A DNA stretch of 63,581 nt, filler included, from Craspedostauros australis (Eukaryota), in NCBI GenBank assembly GCA_030167865.1. It is 10 parts of 10 records of this genome, joined end to end, with 100 filler letters (N's around TTAATTAATTAA, not from the genome) between each part and the next. Parts side by side here need not be neighbours in the genome. Positions count along the whole stretch, not along the records: positions 20,375 to 31,096 come from JALAGF010006056.1; positions 31,197 to 40,192 come from JALAGF010006057.1; 8 more parts are not named here. One strand, given 5' to 3'. Positions within the stretch are counted from its first letter, which is position 1. Every line of letters begins with the position of its first letter. Positions 20,824 to 32,805 of the stretch are shown in pieces. The notes below the pieces were generated by a model. The model had not been told where the DNA came from and did no database searches. It saw only the letters and a program-made list of their open reading frames with translations. The position numbers were made by a program, and so were the translations under genes.

Positions 20824-23800
20824 TCACCATCCCATGAGCATACGGCGCAGATGCTCAAATGCGTCCCGCGCGAGGCCCTTTGTGAAGATGTCGGCAATTT
20901 GGTTGGGTGTCGGCACGTGAAGGATTCGAATGAAACCCTCCTTGATCCAGTGCCAGAAGAAGTGCCACTTGGTTAGGAAATGTTTGGTTCGTGCCGTGAC
21001 CTTGTGATTCGTTGCCAGTGAGATACACGCCTCGTTGTCCTCAAACACGGTGCACTGGATGTTGGTTTGTAGCGATTGGTTGAGGCTGGTTGACGCTTTC
21101 ACTTCGTTGATAAGTTGTTGCATCGGGATGAGGGCGCGCATAGCGAGAGACAGCGCGGCGTACTCCGATTCCATTGTGGACAAGGCGATTTCCGTCTGCA
21201 GCTTCGATTTCCACACAAGTGGGCATCCGCCGAGGATGATGACATACCCTGTGCGGGAGCGCACTGCGTTAGGGGAGTCGTCGGCCTCGCGCTTGTACAG
21301 ACCTGCGAAATCGGCATCAACGTAGCACTCCAGGTTGAGTTGACCCGTCGGGCGCACGATGGTTCCCATGGTGTTGGTGTGGCGAAGGTAGCGCACTATC
21401 ATTTTGATTGCCTTTGCGTGTGGCTGGCGAGGGTCGTTGCTGAATCGCGCCACTTGAGAGACGGCGAAAGCTAGGTCGGGGCGTGTATTTGTAGTCAAAT
21501 AGAGCAGCATGCCAACGACGGAGCGGTAGTTCCATGCCTCCTTCATCGGGGGTTGATCGATTGATGCTCCAAGGGCAAGTTGTGTTGTGGGTGTCACGTT
21601 GGGTTTGCAGTTCTGCATGCCTGTAGCGTCGATGATCTTGTTGATGAGGCCGGTTTGTTTGAGGTGGATGGTGTTGTTCTTGGGATCTCTGTGTAGCGAT
21701 ATTCCCAGAAATTCCGTGAAAGTACCTTCTCGTGTGAGATCAAATCCGCGCTTACGCATGGACCCAATGAATGCGTCTGCTTCTTCTTCCGTGCGCGAAG
21801 CAATGCCGGCATCGTCCACATAGAGGACGATCATCATCCCATCGCGCATGAACAGGCACCGTTCTTGATCACACGCGTGGAATCCTTCCGCGAGGAGAGC
21901 ACGCACAAGGTGTTGGTACCATAGCTTGGGAGCTATAGTTAACCCGTAGAGGCTTTTGATCAGTTTGAGGCATGTATCGGGTCCGTTGGTTGATCGGAAT
22001 CCGCGTGGGAGGTGTAGGTATACCGGACGATGGATGTCGGCTTGTACGAAGGCGTTTGAGAAATCAATTGACGTCGTGACCCAGCGAAGCAAAATGGAAA
22101 GGATGAGAAAGACGCGAACAGAGGACCAGGCAACGACCGGGGCGTAAGTTGCTTCCGTTTCAGTCATCATGTCGCCTCTGCAGCACCACCGTCCCTTGTA
22201 CTTCTTTACCGTGCCGTCGGGCATCCGCTTGCGCCGAAACACCCACGTGCCAGGNNNNNNNNNNTCAGTAGCGGTGGATTTTGGCACCTCAATCCAAGTC
22301 CCCTTTTTGGTAAGGTCATGGATTTCTTTGTGTGCGGCCGCCATCCATTCTTGTTTGTTGTCGTCGTTCATCGCCTCGCTGAAGGAGAGGGTGTCGGGAT
22401 CGGTCTTGGATGCCTTGTAGCTGNNNNNNNNNNNNNNNNNNNNNNNNNNNNNNNNNNNNNNNNNNNNNNNNNNNNNNNNNNNNNNNNNNNNNNNNNNNNN
22501 NNNNNNNNNNNNNNNNNNNNNNNNNNNNNNNNNNNNNNNNNNNNNNNNNNNNNNNNNNNNNNNNNNNNNNNNNNNNNNNNNNNNNNNNNNNNNNNNNNNN
22601 NNNNNNNNNNNNNNNNNNNNNNNNNNNNNNNNNNNNNNNNNNNNNNNNNNNNNNNNNNNNNNNNNNNNNNNNNNNNNNNNNNNNNGATTGTCGGTGGTAC
22701 CTCCGGCGCGACGCCGAGTTGGATGTGCAGGTGCAGTATGCCGATTTCAAAACGCTCGTCGTGCGTAATAAGGTGCCAGGCGAAACCCGCTCGTCGCATG
22801 AAGTCCTGCACCCGTTCGTCTTCGTCCGGTGGTCGTAGGCCATTTTCCATGGCGGCGATGGCCCGTTCTAGAGTGTATCGCTGACCTTGCGTTCTTGGTA
22901 TGAAGCCGAAGTATGAGACGGGGAGGTGGTATTCGCCTGTTTCGAGCATTTCTTCGACGGCATCGACGAATCGGCGAATGGCGTAGTAAACGCACTGGCT
23001 CCTTGCGGCTTCCGTCGGGAATCGAAATTGCACTACATGGTCGAAGTAATGGCCGATGTGTCGAGTGATGTTGACATGGTGTGGCCAAAGGTGGCCGATG
23101 TCGATGGGGCGCATTGTGGTGCCCGGAAGTGGATCGTCATCCTCCGAGGACGAGTCGGAGTGATTGCTCATCATGAGGATGTGGTGCTCGTTGCTGGCTG
23201 CCGCTTCTTCTTGTTCCTTGCGCATCCTGGCTCGGATTTCAAGTTGCTGGATGCGAAGCATCCTTTCCATCTCGAGGTCGCCCTGCGCCCAACGTCGTTC
23301 CTCCCAGGTCAATTCGGTGGTGTCGATTGTCGCCAGATTTCGGAGCATGGAGTCAGCGTCGCGCACCAGATCGTGGGCCTTCTGTGTTACTATCTCATCT
23401 GTGTGGGCTGTGTGGCGCTGAAGGGTCGCGCGGCAGGTTTGGAGAGCGTGCTTCATGTCTTTCACGGCTTGGTCCTTGCTAGGTTCACTTGTCGCGATAG
23501 TGGTTACGTTTGCGCTGGTTTCGGATGGTTGTGTGATGTCGTCGGCCCAAACCACTTTTCCGCCCAAGGTGTCGTAGGTGAGGCGCTCAACGGTCCGTCG
23601 CTCTCGTGGTGTGCGCTTGTTGATGCGTTCAGAGCGGCGCAGTGGAGGTAGCTTTACCTTCTTCGTCGTGGGTTGCTCTGTCTGTGCGGTGATGGGTTTG
23701 CGCAGCGGTGAAGTCGGAGGAGAGTCGATTGGTGGTTGTACGTCGTCGTTACTGTTGTCGTTGACAACTCCCTCTGTTGGCGGCAACGGTTCAGCGTGAC

Positions 23801-26800
23801 TTGCTGGATCTTCTCCGGCTCCCTCTGTCGACGGCATCGGTGGTATCGGCTTGTTGATATCGATGGTTGTTGGCGAGCGGCTGATTTGCTGAGGTGGTTG
23901 TACTTGGTCGATTGGAGTGGCATCAGTTTTCGTGTGTGATGTCACGGGTTGCCTCAAAATGTGAGTTGGTGCATTTTGTTCATTCACAATCGGGGTTCTT
24001 GTGTTTGGCGTTTCTGGCAACAATTTTGTTGGTGGATCGTCATCGTGTGAGGGAAGGAATCGCTGATGATCGGCTTCATCCTCTTGCTCGATGTCCCGCT
24101 CTTCCATAGCAATGACATCGTCGTCATCGAATGGTATTTGATACGTAGTGTCGCCAAACATGTGCGTCCATTCCGTTGAATTGTAGTCTGGGAGATTAGC
24201 CAGATCAGTCGCTATCGTCGCGAACCAATCGTCAAACACAACGTGAAATTGTGGTGTGATTGACCCTGTCCTCGGTGAGAGGACCAGCGGAACCGTGGAT
24301 GCGTGGCGAGCGGAGAGTCCCATGTTTACATAGCGCTCCCCACGTGGTTCCCATCTTGGTATCTTGCGGCCATCGCCGAGCGCCTTGTTCAAGACGTAGA
24401 CGGGGCTGCCCCACACATGTAGGTTGTGTAGCTGTTTCAGGGGCATGCGCGTGCGCGAGAGAATATCCAAAGGCGTGAGTCCTGTTGCTGCGCTTGGTAC
24501 GCGGTTGTGTACGTAAGCGGCATGGACGACGGCCATGGGCCAGTGCTGGGCATCGAACATCGTAGGCCAATGAATGCTTTGATGCATCATCATTGTTCGT
24601 GCCATAGAGATGATCGTGCGGATGCTGCGCTCGGCCACTCCGTTGTGATGGTGGGCGCCGACTCCAGCAAAGCGGTGCACTTGATGAAACCGTTTGAGGT
24701 GTTCGGCGTAGTCTGGCGATGTAAAGGTGGTGGCGTTGTCCGAGAGGTACGAGCGCACAGGCACACCCACATCGCGGCACATGGATTCGAAGCGTTCCTT
24801 TGCTTCCAACGTAGCGTGGGTCGTGAGGGATGCGACTGGCTCCACGTGTATGTAGCCGGACGCGTGGTCCACGAACATTGCGCCACCCTTGTACATTTCC
24901 GACGCATCGGACTTGCCTCTTCCTGTGAAGAGGCGGCCCAAGGTGCGTCCCACGAAGTGGTCCACTGAGACCTGCTGACCCGGGAAGAGGTGATCCGTTT
25001 TGATCACACCCTGTCGGTCTTGTACGNNNNNNNNNNNNNNNNNNNNNNNNNNNNNNNNNNNNNNNNNNNNNNNNNNGCGGCCGTCGCCGAGCGCCTTGTT
25101 CAAGACGTAGACGGGGCTGCCCCACACATGTAGGTTGTGTAGCTGTTTCAGGGGCATGCGTGTGCGCGAGAGAATATCCAAAGGCGTGAGTCCTGTTGCT
25201 GCGCTTGGTACGCGGTTGTGTACGTAAGCGGCATGGACGACGGCCATGGGCCAGTGCTGGGCATCGAACATCGTAGGCCAATGAATGCTTTGATGCATCA
25301 TCATTGTTCGTGCCATAGAGATAATCGTGCGGATGCTGCGCTCGGCCACTCCGTTGTGATGGTGGGCGCCAACTCCAGCAAAGCGGTGTACTTGATGAAA
25401 CCGTTTGAGGTGTTCGGCATAATCTGGCGATGTAAAAGTGGTGGCGTTGTCCGAGAGGTACGAGCGCACGGGTACACCCACATCACGGCACATGGATTCG
25501 AATCGTTCCTTGGCTTCCAACGTAGCGTGGGTCGTGAGGGATGCGACTGGCTCCACGTGTATGTAGCCGGACGCGTGGTCCACGAACATTGCGCCACCCT
25601 TGTACATCTCCGACGCATCGGACTTGCCTCTTCCTGTGAAGAGGCGGCCCAAGGTGCGTCCCACGAAGTGGTCCACTGAGACTTGCTGACCCGGGAAGAG
25701 GTGGTCCGTTTTGATCACTCCCTGTCGGTCTTGGACGGCGTGTTGCGTTGTGCCTGGTGTGGTTCTGCGGTGTTGTTTGCCAAATTGGCACGCCGCACAC
25801 AGCGGGCATTCTTGTACGCGGGCGGCAGCTGTTTGCATCTTCCGTGATGCCTCAGTGTTGACGAGGGCGCCGGATCGGAGTAGAAACTGCACTCGTCTGA
25901 AGGAGAGGTGCCCGAGTCGATAGTGCCACTTGAGCAGCTCCTTTTGCGGTTGAGACAGGTTTTGGTTCNNNNNNNNNNNNNNNNNNNNNNNNNNNNNNNN
26001 NNNNNNNNNNNNNNNNNNGAGAGGTGCCCGAGTCGATAGTGCCACTTGAGCAGCTCCTTTTGCGGTTGAGACAGGTTTTGGTTCTGCTCTGCCACGGAAG
26101 TTGCGGTTGTGGCGAGCGCCGCTGGGAGTTCGGTGAGGTCGCCAGTGCGATATGCACGTGAGGTCGGAAGGTTGTTCGATTTCTTGTTGTGGGCAATGAT
26201 GGGACCTCGTTCGTCGTTTCCAGGGATGCCGCTCAGCTGAATGTTGTTCGCTTCCACGACAATATTCTCCCCTTTGTATTCATTGAGGAGGCATGCGGTG
26301 CTGATGAGCTTGACTGAGGACTCCGGNNNNNNNNNNNNNNNNNNNNNNNNNNNNNNNNNNNNNNNNNNNNNNNNNNNNNNNNNNNNNNNAACCCTGCCTT
26401 TCGTCTTTACCTTGGTGCGGCGAAGAAACCCGTTGAGGAAGGTTGGCGAGGTTGGAGCAGACGTAGGGCCCACGAAGTCGGTGATATCGTTGGTCACGCA
26501 GATGGAGGCGCCGGTGTCCCATACTACATCGAAGGAACCGTCTTGAGGGATGATGCCTTCCACCTTGTGAGGTGCGGCGAAGGCATGTTGGAAACCGAAG
26601 GTTGTTGCGAGGGTGTGGTAGGCATTGGTAATTAGGCTGGTGCCTGTGTATCCATGGGGCTGTGCTTCGCTTGTGTTACCGTTGTGGCGGAGACTCTGAT
26701 GTTCACTTGGATCTGTGTGAGATCCCCGCTTGAAGCGAGTGGGGGTCCTTAAGTGGTAAAAGTCGCAGTGATGTTTCGTGTGCCGGTTCGGTGGACGAGC

Positions 26801-29800
26801 GGGATTCATTTTGTTTCGCGCGCGACAGGAGTTTTGGTGTTTTGGGAACCGGCGAGCGCGGCGAGTTTTGTTTTGGTGGTTCGCACTTGGGGCGTGACGT
26901 GGGGCGTGGTGTTTCGCGTTGGTGCGCTTGTGAAGGAGAAAACGTTTGAAGTCATCGTTCCCGAACAGAGAGTCGTATAGATCGTTCGAGGGCGTTGCCG
27001 GGTAGTGATAGAAGCGTGGTCTTGTTCTATTTGACTTGTTTTGTTTCTTCCTCCACGTGTTGACCTGGCGGATAGTTCGCATTGGAGTTGGCTGGTACTG
27101 GCGTGGGACGTTGGTGTGAAGGGCGAATAGCACAATGGCTGTCGTCATCCACATCATGATACTCACCACATGCCATCCACACTCGATGCCGAGTAGAGAG
27201 ATTTGTGCTGCACAAAGGAGGAGAAAGGTGCCGGTGACGATGTTGATGGTTTCGAAGGCAGTGAACACGTTCCACACGGCGGTCCACCAGGAGCGTTCGT
27301 TTGCGTGAGCTTCGGCGGAGAGGCAGGTCCATGCTGCATGGTCGATTTCGAGCTGTGGACTGTTTGGCTTGTGCTTGAAGTCGTCGATGTGGCCGGCTGT
27401 GCCNNNNNNNNNNNNNNNNNNNNNNNNNNNNNNNNNNNNNNNNNNNNNNNNNNGAGCTTTTGTTGTGGCTCACCCTTCCGTGGGGGTGTTGTGATCCAAG
27501 GGTCCTTCTTTTGTTGTGTTTTCTTGTTGGCCTGTTTACCCTTGGCATTCATGCGTTTGCCTCCTTTGTTCTGTTCCAGAAGACGAGCTTCCTTTGTAGT
27601 TGAGGAGTGGTTTGCATGCATGCGCGGGGTGTTGCGGTCACGAGAGTGCCTGTTGGCGTGCCAGGAGTTTCCCTGCAGTTCGTCGAGATAGGCATCCTCN
27701 NNNNNNNNNNNNNNNNNNNNNNNNNNNNNNNNNNNNNNNNNNNNNNNNNNNNNNNNNNNNNNNNNNNNNNNNNNNNNNNNNNNNNNNNNNNNNNNNNNNN
27801 NNNNNTCGCTGATGTCGAGGATTCGATGACGGTATCGTTCTCCTGACGTGGTTCTGCCTCCTGCCATGAAGAAGTTGTCTGTCATGGTACGGAGGAGCGA
27901 AATCTCGAACTGGTCGGCATCTTGAAGTTCCTTGCACATGATGCGAAGAGCATCAGCCATGGCTTGGATGTTCTCTCCCTGGAACTTCTGGGGCGTGGTC
28001 TTTCTGACCTTCTCTTGGAGCCGTGCGTACTTGTCCAGCGAGCTNNNNNNNNNNNNNNNNNNNNNNNNNGTGAAGATCACGTTGAAGTCTTGTTGATACT
28101 TCGGCTTGATGCGGTTCATCAGGCGGTCTTCGAGGTCGGGGTCAAGGCTGTCGCGTAGGAATCGAGCGGCAGACGCGTTGTTCTGCTTGTCGTATCGATC
28201 CCACAAGTGGCGATAGGCGTCGTGGTGGTCGGTGGCTTGGCTGATGGTGGTGCTGCCTNNNNNNNNNNNNNNNNNNNNNNNNNNNNNNNNNNNNNNNNNN
28301 NNNNNNNNGTCGTATCGATCCCACAAGTGGCGATAGGCGTCGTGGTGGTCGGTGGCTTGGCTGATGGTGGTGCTGCCTGGGGCGTCGAGGACGCATACCA
28401 TCTCATCAGGGTGTTCGTTGCTCCTCATGTAGGTCATCGAGATGAGACCTGCGGTGGACATATGGTCCTTGAGGAGGCGCAGCATGCGCTGGCGGTTGTC
28501 CCCGATTCGGAAGCGTGGGCGGATGCCTTTCTCCCGCTCCGGTTGGTTCTTGGAGTCCGAGCCGTTGTGGAGGACGCGCTGCTGTTGGGAGCTGTCGTAG
28601 GACNNNNNNNNNNNNNNNNNNNNNNNNNNNNNNNNNNNNNNNNNNNNNNNNNNNNNNNNNNNNNNNNNNNNNCGACCAGCCTTGGTGAGACCACCCATGA
28701 TGGGTTTCTCTGGCTTGTCTTCGCTTTCGTACGCCACGTACGTGGTTTCGGGTCCGATGGGTTCTTCGTCGGCGTCAAAGGGGAAGGCACCTCCAGTGGA
28801 TCCAGTTTGGTTGCCTGCGTTCCCTTCGGTTTCACCCGGGTTCGGTGGGTTGTTGGCATCCCCGGTGTTGCCTTGGGCGAGGTCGCCTTCTTCTTGCCCG
28901 GTGGCCGTTTGGTTTCCTTGCCGGGCTGGGATGGGGTTAGCTCCTCGCGAGATTCGTGATTCGTTGAGATCTCGAAGGGCTTGAGCGGCTTGTTGGTTGA
29001 GCCGCTCCACGAAGGCCTCCAGCCTGCGTTCTTCGCTGCTGATGCTCGTGTCTTCTCCTTGGGCGCTCATGGTGAGGCGGTGGAGGTGTCGAAGTCGTTG
29101 GTCTTCGCTTGGTGTCGACGGTTGTCTCGGGCTGGGCTGCGCTTCCCCCTTCGATGGTGAAGGTGTGCACGGGGTGTTGGCAGGAGTGCTCTTGAGACGT
29201 ACACCTGGTTTGCAGGTGTTGNNNNNNNNNNNNNNNNNNNNNNNNNNNNNNNNNNNNNNNNNNNNNNNNNNGTCGTAGGACAGGGCTGCGTCTTCAGCGA
29301 GGCCTGTCCATTCGACGTTCGGTTTCCCTCCCGTCCATGGTACCCAGTGGCGACCGGCCTTGGTGAGACCACCCATGATGGGTTTCTCTGGCTTGTCTTC
29401 GCTTTCGTACGCCACGTACGTGGTTTCGGGTCCGATGGGGTCTTCGTCGGCATCAAAGGGAAAGGCACCTCCAGTGGATCCAGTTTGGTTGCCTGCGTTC
29501 CCTTCGCGTCCTGCGGTTCCCTCGGTTTCACCCGGGTTCGGTGGGTTGTTGGCATCCCCGATGTTGTCTTGGGCGAGGTCGCCTTCTTCTTGCCCGGTGG
29601 CCGTTTGGTTTCCTTGCCGGGCTGGGATGGGGTTAGCTCCTCGCGAGATTCGTGATTCGTTGAGATCTCGAAGGGCTTGAGCGGCTTGTTGGTTGAGCCG
29701 CTCCACGAAGGCCTCCAGCCTGCGTTCTTCGCTGCTGATGCTCGTGTCTTCTCCTTGGACGCTCATGGTTGGCGGTGGAGGTGTCGAAGTTGTTGGTCTT

Positions 29801-30342
29801 CGCTTGGTGTCGACGGTTGTCTCGGGCTTGGCTGCGCTTCCCCCTTCGATGATGAAGGTGTGCACGGGGTGTTGGCAGGAGTGCTCTTGAGACGTACACC
29901 TGGTTTGCAGGTGTTGGTGGATGCGCTTGCTTAGCANNNNNNNNNNNNNNNNNNNNNNNNNNNNNNNNNNNNNNNNNNNNNNNNNNGCCACGTACGTGGT
30001 TTCGGGTCCGATGGGGTCTTCGTCGGCGTCAAAGGGAAAGGCACCTCCAGTGGATCCAGTTTGGTTGCCTGCGTTCCCTTCGCGTCCTGCGGTTCCCTCG
30101 GTTTCACCCGGGTTCGGTGGGTTGTTGGCATCCCCGGTGTTGCCTTGGGCGAGGTCGCCTTCTTCCTGCCCGGTGGCCGTTTGGTTTCCTTGCCGGGCTG
30201 GGATGGGGTTAGCTCCTCGCGAGATTCGTGATTCGTTGAGATCTCGAAGGGCTTGAGCGGCTTGTTGGTTGAGCCGCTCCACGAAGGCCTCCAGCCTGCG
30301 TTCTTCGCTGCTGATGCTCGTGTCTTCTCCTTGGACGCTCAT
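20824..30342 (-). CDS. Copia Gag-Pol polyprotein (gapped assembly with artefactual internal duplications)
   Basis: Gag starts MSVQGEDTS. Protease VVWDTGAS (~26.5 kb), pre-integrase LLKWHYRLGHL..CAACQFGK, integrase VSVDH / LSDNA / NGVAER, RT VLYVDD, RNase H YVDADFAG..ESEY..FEDN..IADIFTK. Confidence 0.9.
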
Positions 30343-30765
30343 GGTGAGGCGGTGGAGGTGTCGAAGTCGTTGGTCTTCGCTTGGTGTCGACGGTTGTCTC
30401 GGGCTTGGCTGCGCTTCCCCCTTCGATGGTGAAGGTGTGCACGGGGTGTTGGCAGGAGTGCTCTTGAGACGTACACCTTGTTTCAGGTGTTGGTGGATGC
30501 ACTTGCTTAGCAAGGGCTTGGTTTGATGAGTTGCCTTTGGGCTAACTTCATAGATTGCTAGTCAGGGTCGTTGGTCCTGAGAGGCTTGGAGCCTTTGGGC
30601 TCGGTGTCGTTGGACACAGCGGTCTGCGCACTTGAGGAAGTCTCTTTGAGAGTGAGGAAGGTGGATATAAGCGAGAACCACTCGCAGCTACCAGTTAGTA
30701 TTCCGTGTCTTTTGCACGTTGTCAGGAGGATGATCTGCCCTTCAACCGGCTTTGACGCCGTTTGA

Positions 30766-31096
30766 TGTTGAGAACAAAGCTGTATCAGACGATGGTGTAA
30801 CTGTAGTAAACTTGGAAGTAAGCTGTGAAGATTGTTTCTGATTGCTTGTTTTATGTGTTAAGCCTACTATTGATAGGACGATCGAGTAAAAAGGTGGGGT
30901 GCGTGCTGTCGTACTTCAGCCGTTCTTTGTTGCGCAGCAGCATGCCGTGGTGATCCTGCACACATACAGCCTTCCAGTATCATCACCCGTAGAGCAGTAG
31001 CTGATCCATTCGCATGGATATGCTTCAAGACAGATGCATGTTCGGCAGGGTGACGAGGTGGACAGGTGGCAGGGGTGCATGAGCTGGAGGGCGAGC
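30766..31096 (-). repeat. 5' LTR of the Copia element (outer end truncated; inner end inferred at ..TCTCAACA)
   Basis: Matches the 3' LTR over 30869-31096. The inner boundary is inferred from the TGTTGAGA / AGTTGGGA terminal inverted match, giving an LTR of ~470 bp. Confidence 0.7.
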
Positions 31097-31908
31097 NNNN
31101 NNNNNNNNNNNNNNNNNNNNNNNNNNNNNNNNNNNNNNNNTTAATTAATTAANNNNNNNNNNNNNNNNNNNNNNNNNNNNNNNNNNNNNNNNNNNNCTGT
31201 TCGAAGAGATGAATTCCAGTTGCATCGCATACAGGAGCCACCCATGGACGAAACACTGTTGCGGTGGTGATGTTGGTGTAGCTGTTGTGGTTGTTGTTGT
31301 GATTGTGATTGTTACAGGAACGAAGTGCTCTGTGGAGCAATGATCTCTGTGGAGAGTGTTGGGGTTGTGAGTTTTGTGTGCTCTGTGCTGGCCCAAGACA
31401 GCAGCCTTGTTTTGTGCCGACCGGAGACGAAAACACGCGCAGCAAACACCGACACAGTGTAAAGCGGGGAAATGGAGCAATGACGAAGAGCGAAAGCAAC
31501 TCGGGCGAATTTTGGGGGGAAAGCACCAATTATCCAAAAAAGAACAAAAATTCCATATTCTTCCGTCGAGCATAAGAACTAGGCGGAAACAAGCAATTTA
31601 TGACTTAAACGCTATGAAATAGAGCCAATTATTGCATTTTGAACTGCCCCCCTTGCCTGCCACTGGGGCGACCACGTGGAAGCGAAGTGATGAAAAAGCA
31701 AGTCACATGATGAGGCATCAACGAGAACGAGCATTTGAATGACAGAGATTTGGTTCTCACAAAATCGTAGCAACTGCCATTTTCGTTCTCGCCCCGTCCG
31801 TTCTTCTTGGTCATTGCATCTTCATCGAAACAATCCGAAGCACACAACGCACAACACGCAACACAACACAACACAACATAACAAGCCAAAATCAGAACTG
31901 CCTCCAAC

Positions 31909-32805
31909 ATGTCCACCTCTCCATCGTCGTCTTCCATCCTCGGCACCAGCGCCGTTGCTCCCGTTAAGCCATCCCTCATGCAGTCGATCGCTCTGGGCGG
32001 TGCCTCCTGCGTGTTCACCGTCAACTTCACCCACCCCATCGAGCTGGTCAAGACCCGCATGCAGGTCTCCGGCGATGGGCTGGCCCGCGTCGTCGGATCC
32101 ACCTACGCCAACGAGGGAGTGGGCGCCTTCTGGAAGGGCATCGTCTGGGCCTGGGGACGCGAAGGTTCCTACGCCAGCATCAAGCTGGGTGCGTACGCTC
32201 CCGTCCGCAATGCCCTCATCGGCGGCGACGGCAAAAACGCCCCCTTCTACATGAAGTTCCTGGCAGGAGCCATCACCGGCGGTGTCGGAAGCGTCATCGG
32301 AAATCCCTTCGACGTCCTCAAGACCTTGGCGCAGGCCAACAAGGGAGCCAGCGTGCCGCTCGGAACCCTCATCTCCGACATGTACTCCCAGCAGGGCATC
32401 GCCGGCTTCTACCGCGGCGTCGAGGCCAACATTCTGCGCGCCTGCGTCCTCAACGCCACCAAGATGGGTTGCTACGACATCTCCAAGGGAATGGTGGCCG
32501 ACGCCACCGGATGGGGTCGCAAGGACACCAAGACGGTCTTCTGCTCGGCAACCATGGCCGGCTTCTTCATGACCTGCACCGTCTCGCCATTCGACCGCAT
32601 CCGCACCAACCTCATGAGCCAACCCACAGACAAGAAGATCTACGACGGCCTCATCGACTGCGCCCGCAAGACCATCCAGAAGGAAGGCGTGGCATCGCTG
32701 TGGCGCGGTTTCGTCCCGATCTGGGCCCGATTCGCCCCAACCGCCACCATCCAGCTCCTCACCATCGAGACCCTGTACGCCTCCCTCGGATTCTCCAGCA
32801 TCTAG
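31909..32805 (+). CDS. Mitochondrial carrier (SLC25) family protein, oxoglutarate/dicarboxylate/UCP-like subgroup
   Basis: Three Px[DE]xx[KR] signatures (PIELVK, PFDVLK, PFDRIR) with EG..FWKG / QG..FYRG / EG..LWRG motifs. 298 aa, intronless, strong GC3 bias. Confidence 0.95.
   Translation: MSTSPSSSSILGTSAVAPVKPSLMQSIALGGASCVFTVNFTHPIELVKTRMQVSGDGLARVVGSTYANEGVGAFWKGIVWAWGREGSYASIKLGAYAPVRNALIGGDGKNAPFYMKFLAGAITGGVGSVIGNPFDVLKTLAQANKGASVPLGTLISDMYSQQGIAGFYRGVEANILRACVLNATKMGCYDISKGMVADATGWGRKDTKTVFCSATMAGFFMTCTVSPFDRIRTNLMSQPTDKKIYDGLIDCARKTIQKEGVASLWRGFVPIWARFAPTATIQLLTIETLYASLGFSSI

Larger units (their letters stand above)
20375..31096 (-). mobile_element. Near full-length Ty1/Copia (CoDi-like) LTR retrotransposon
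   Basis: Direct repeats at both contig ends (20375-20602 and 30869-31096), gag-PR-INT-RT-RH domain order, and PPT GAGAGGGAG (rc of 20742-20750). Confidence 0.95.

Noticed and set aside
28680..30513. Apparent triplication of the Gag N-terminus, and duplicated integrase core (24366-25737)
   Set aside because: Each copy is separated by a ~50-N gap with overlapping ends, the same pattern as at 2460-3263, 14030-14167, 28190-28378 and 41540-41742. Most likely unmerged reads from different copies or haplotypes.
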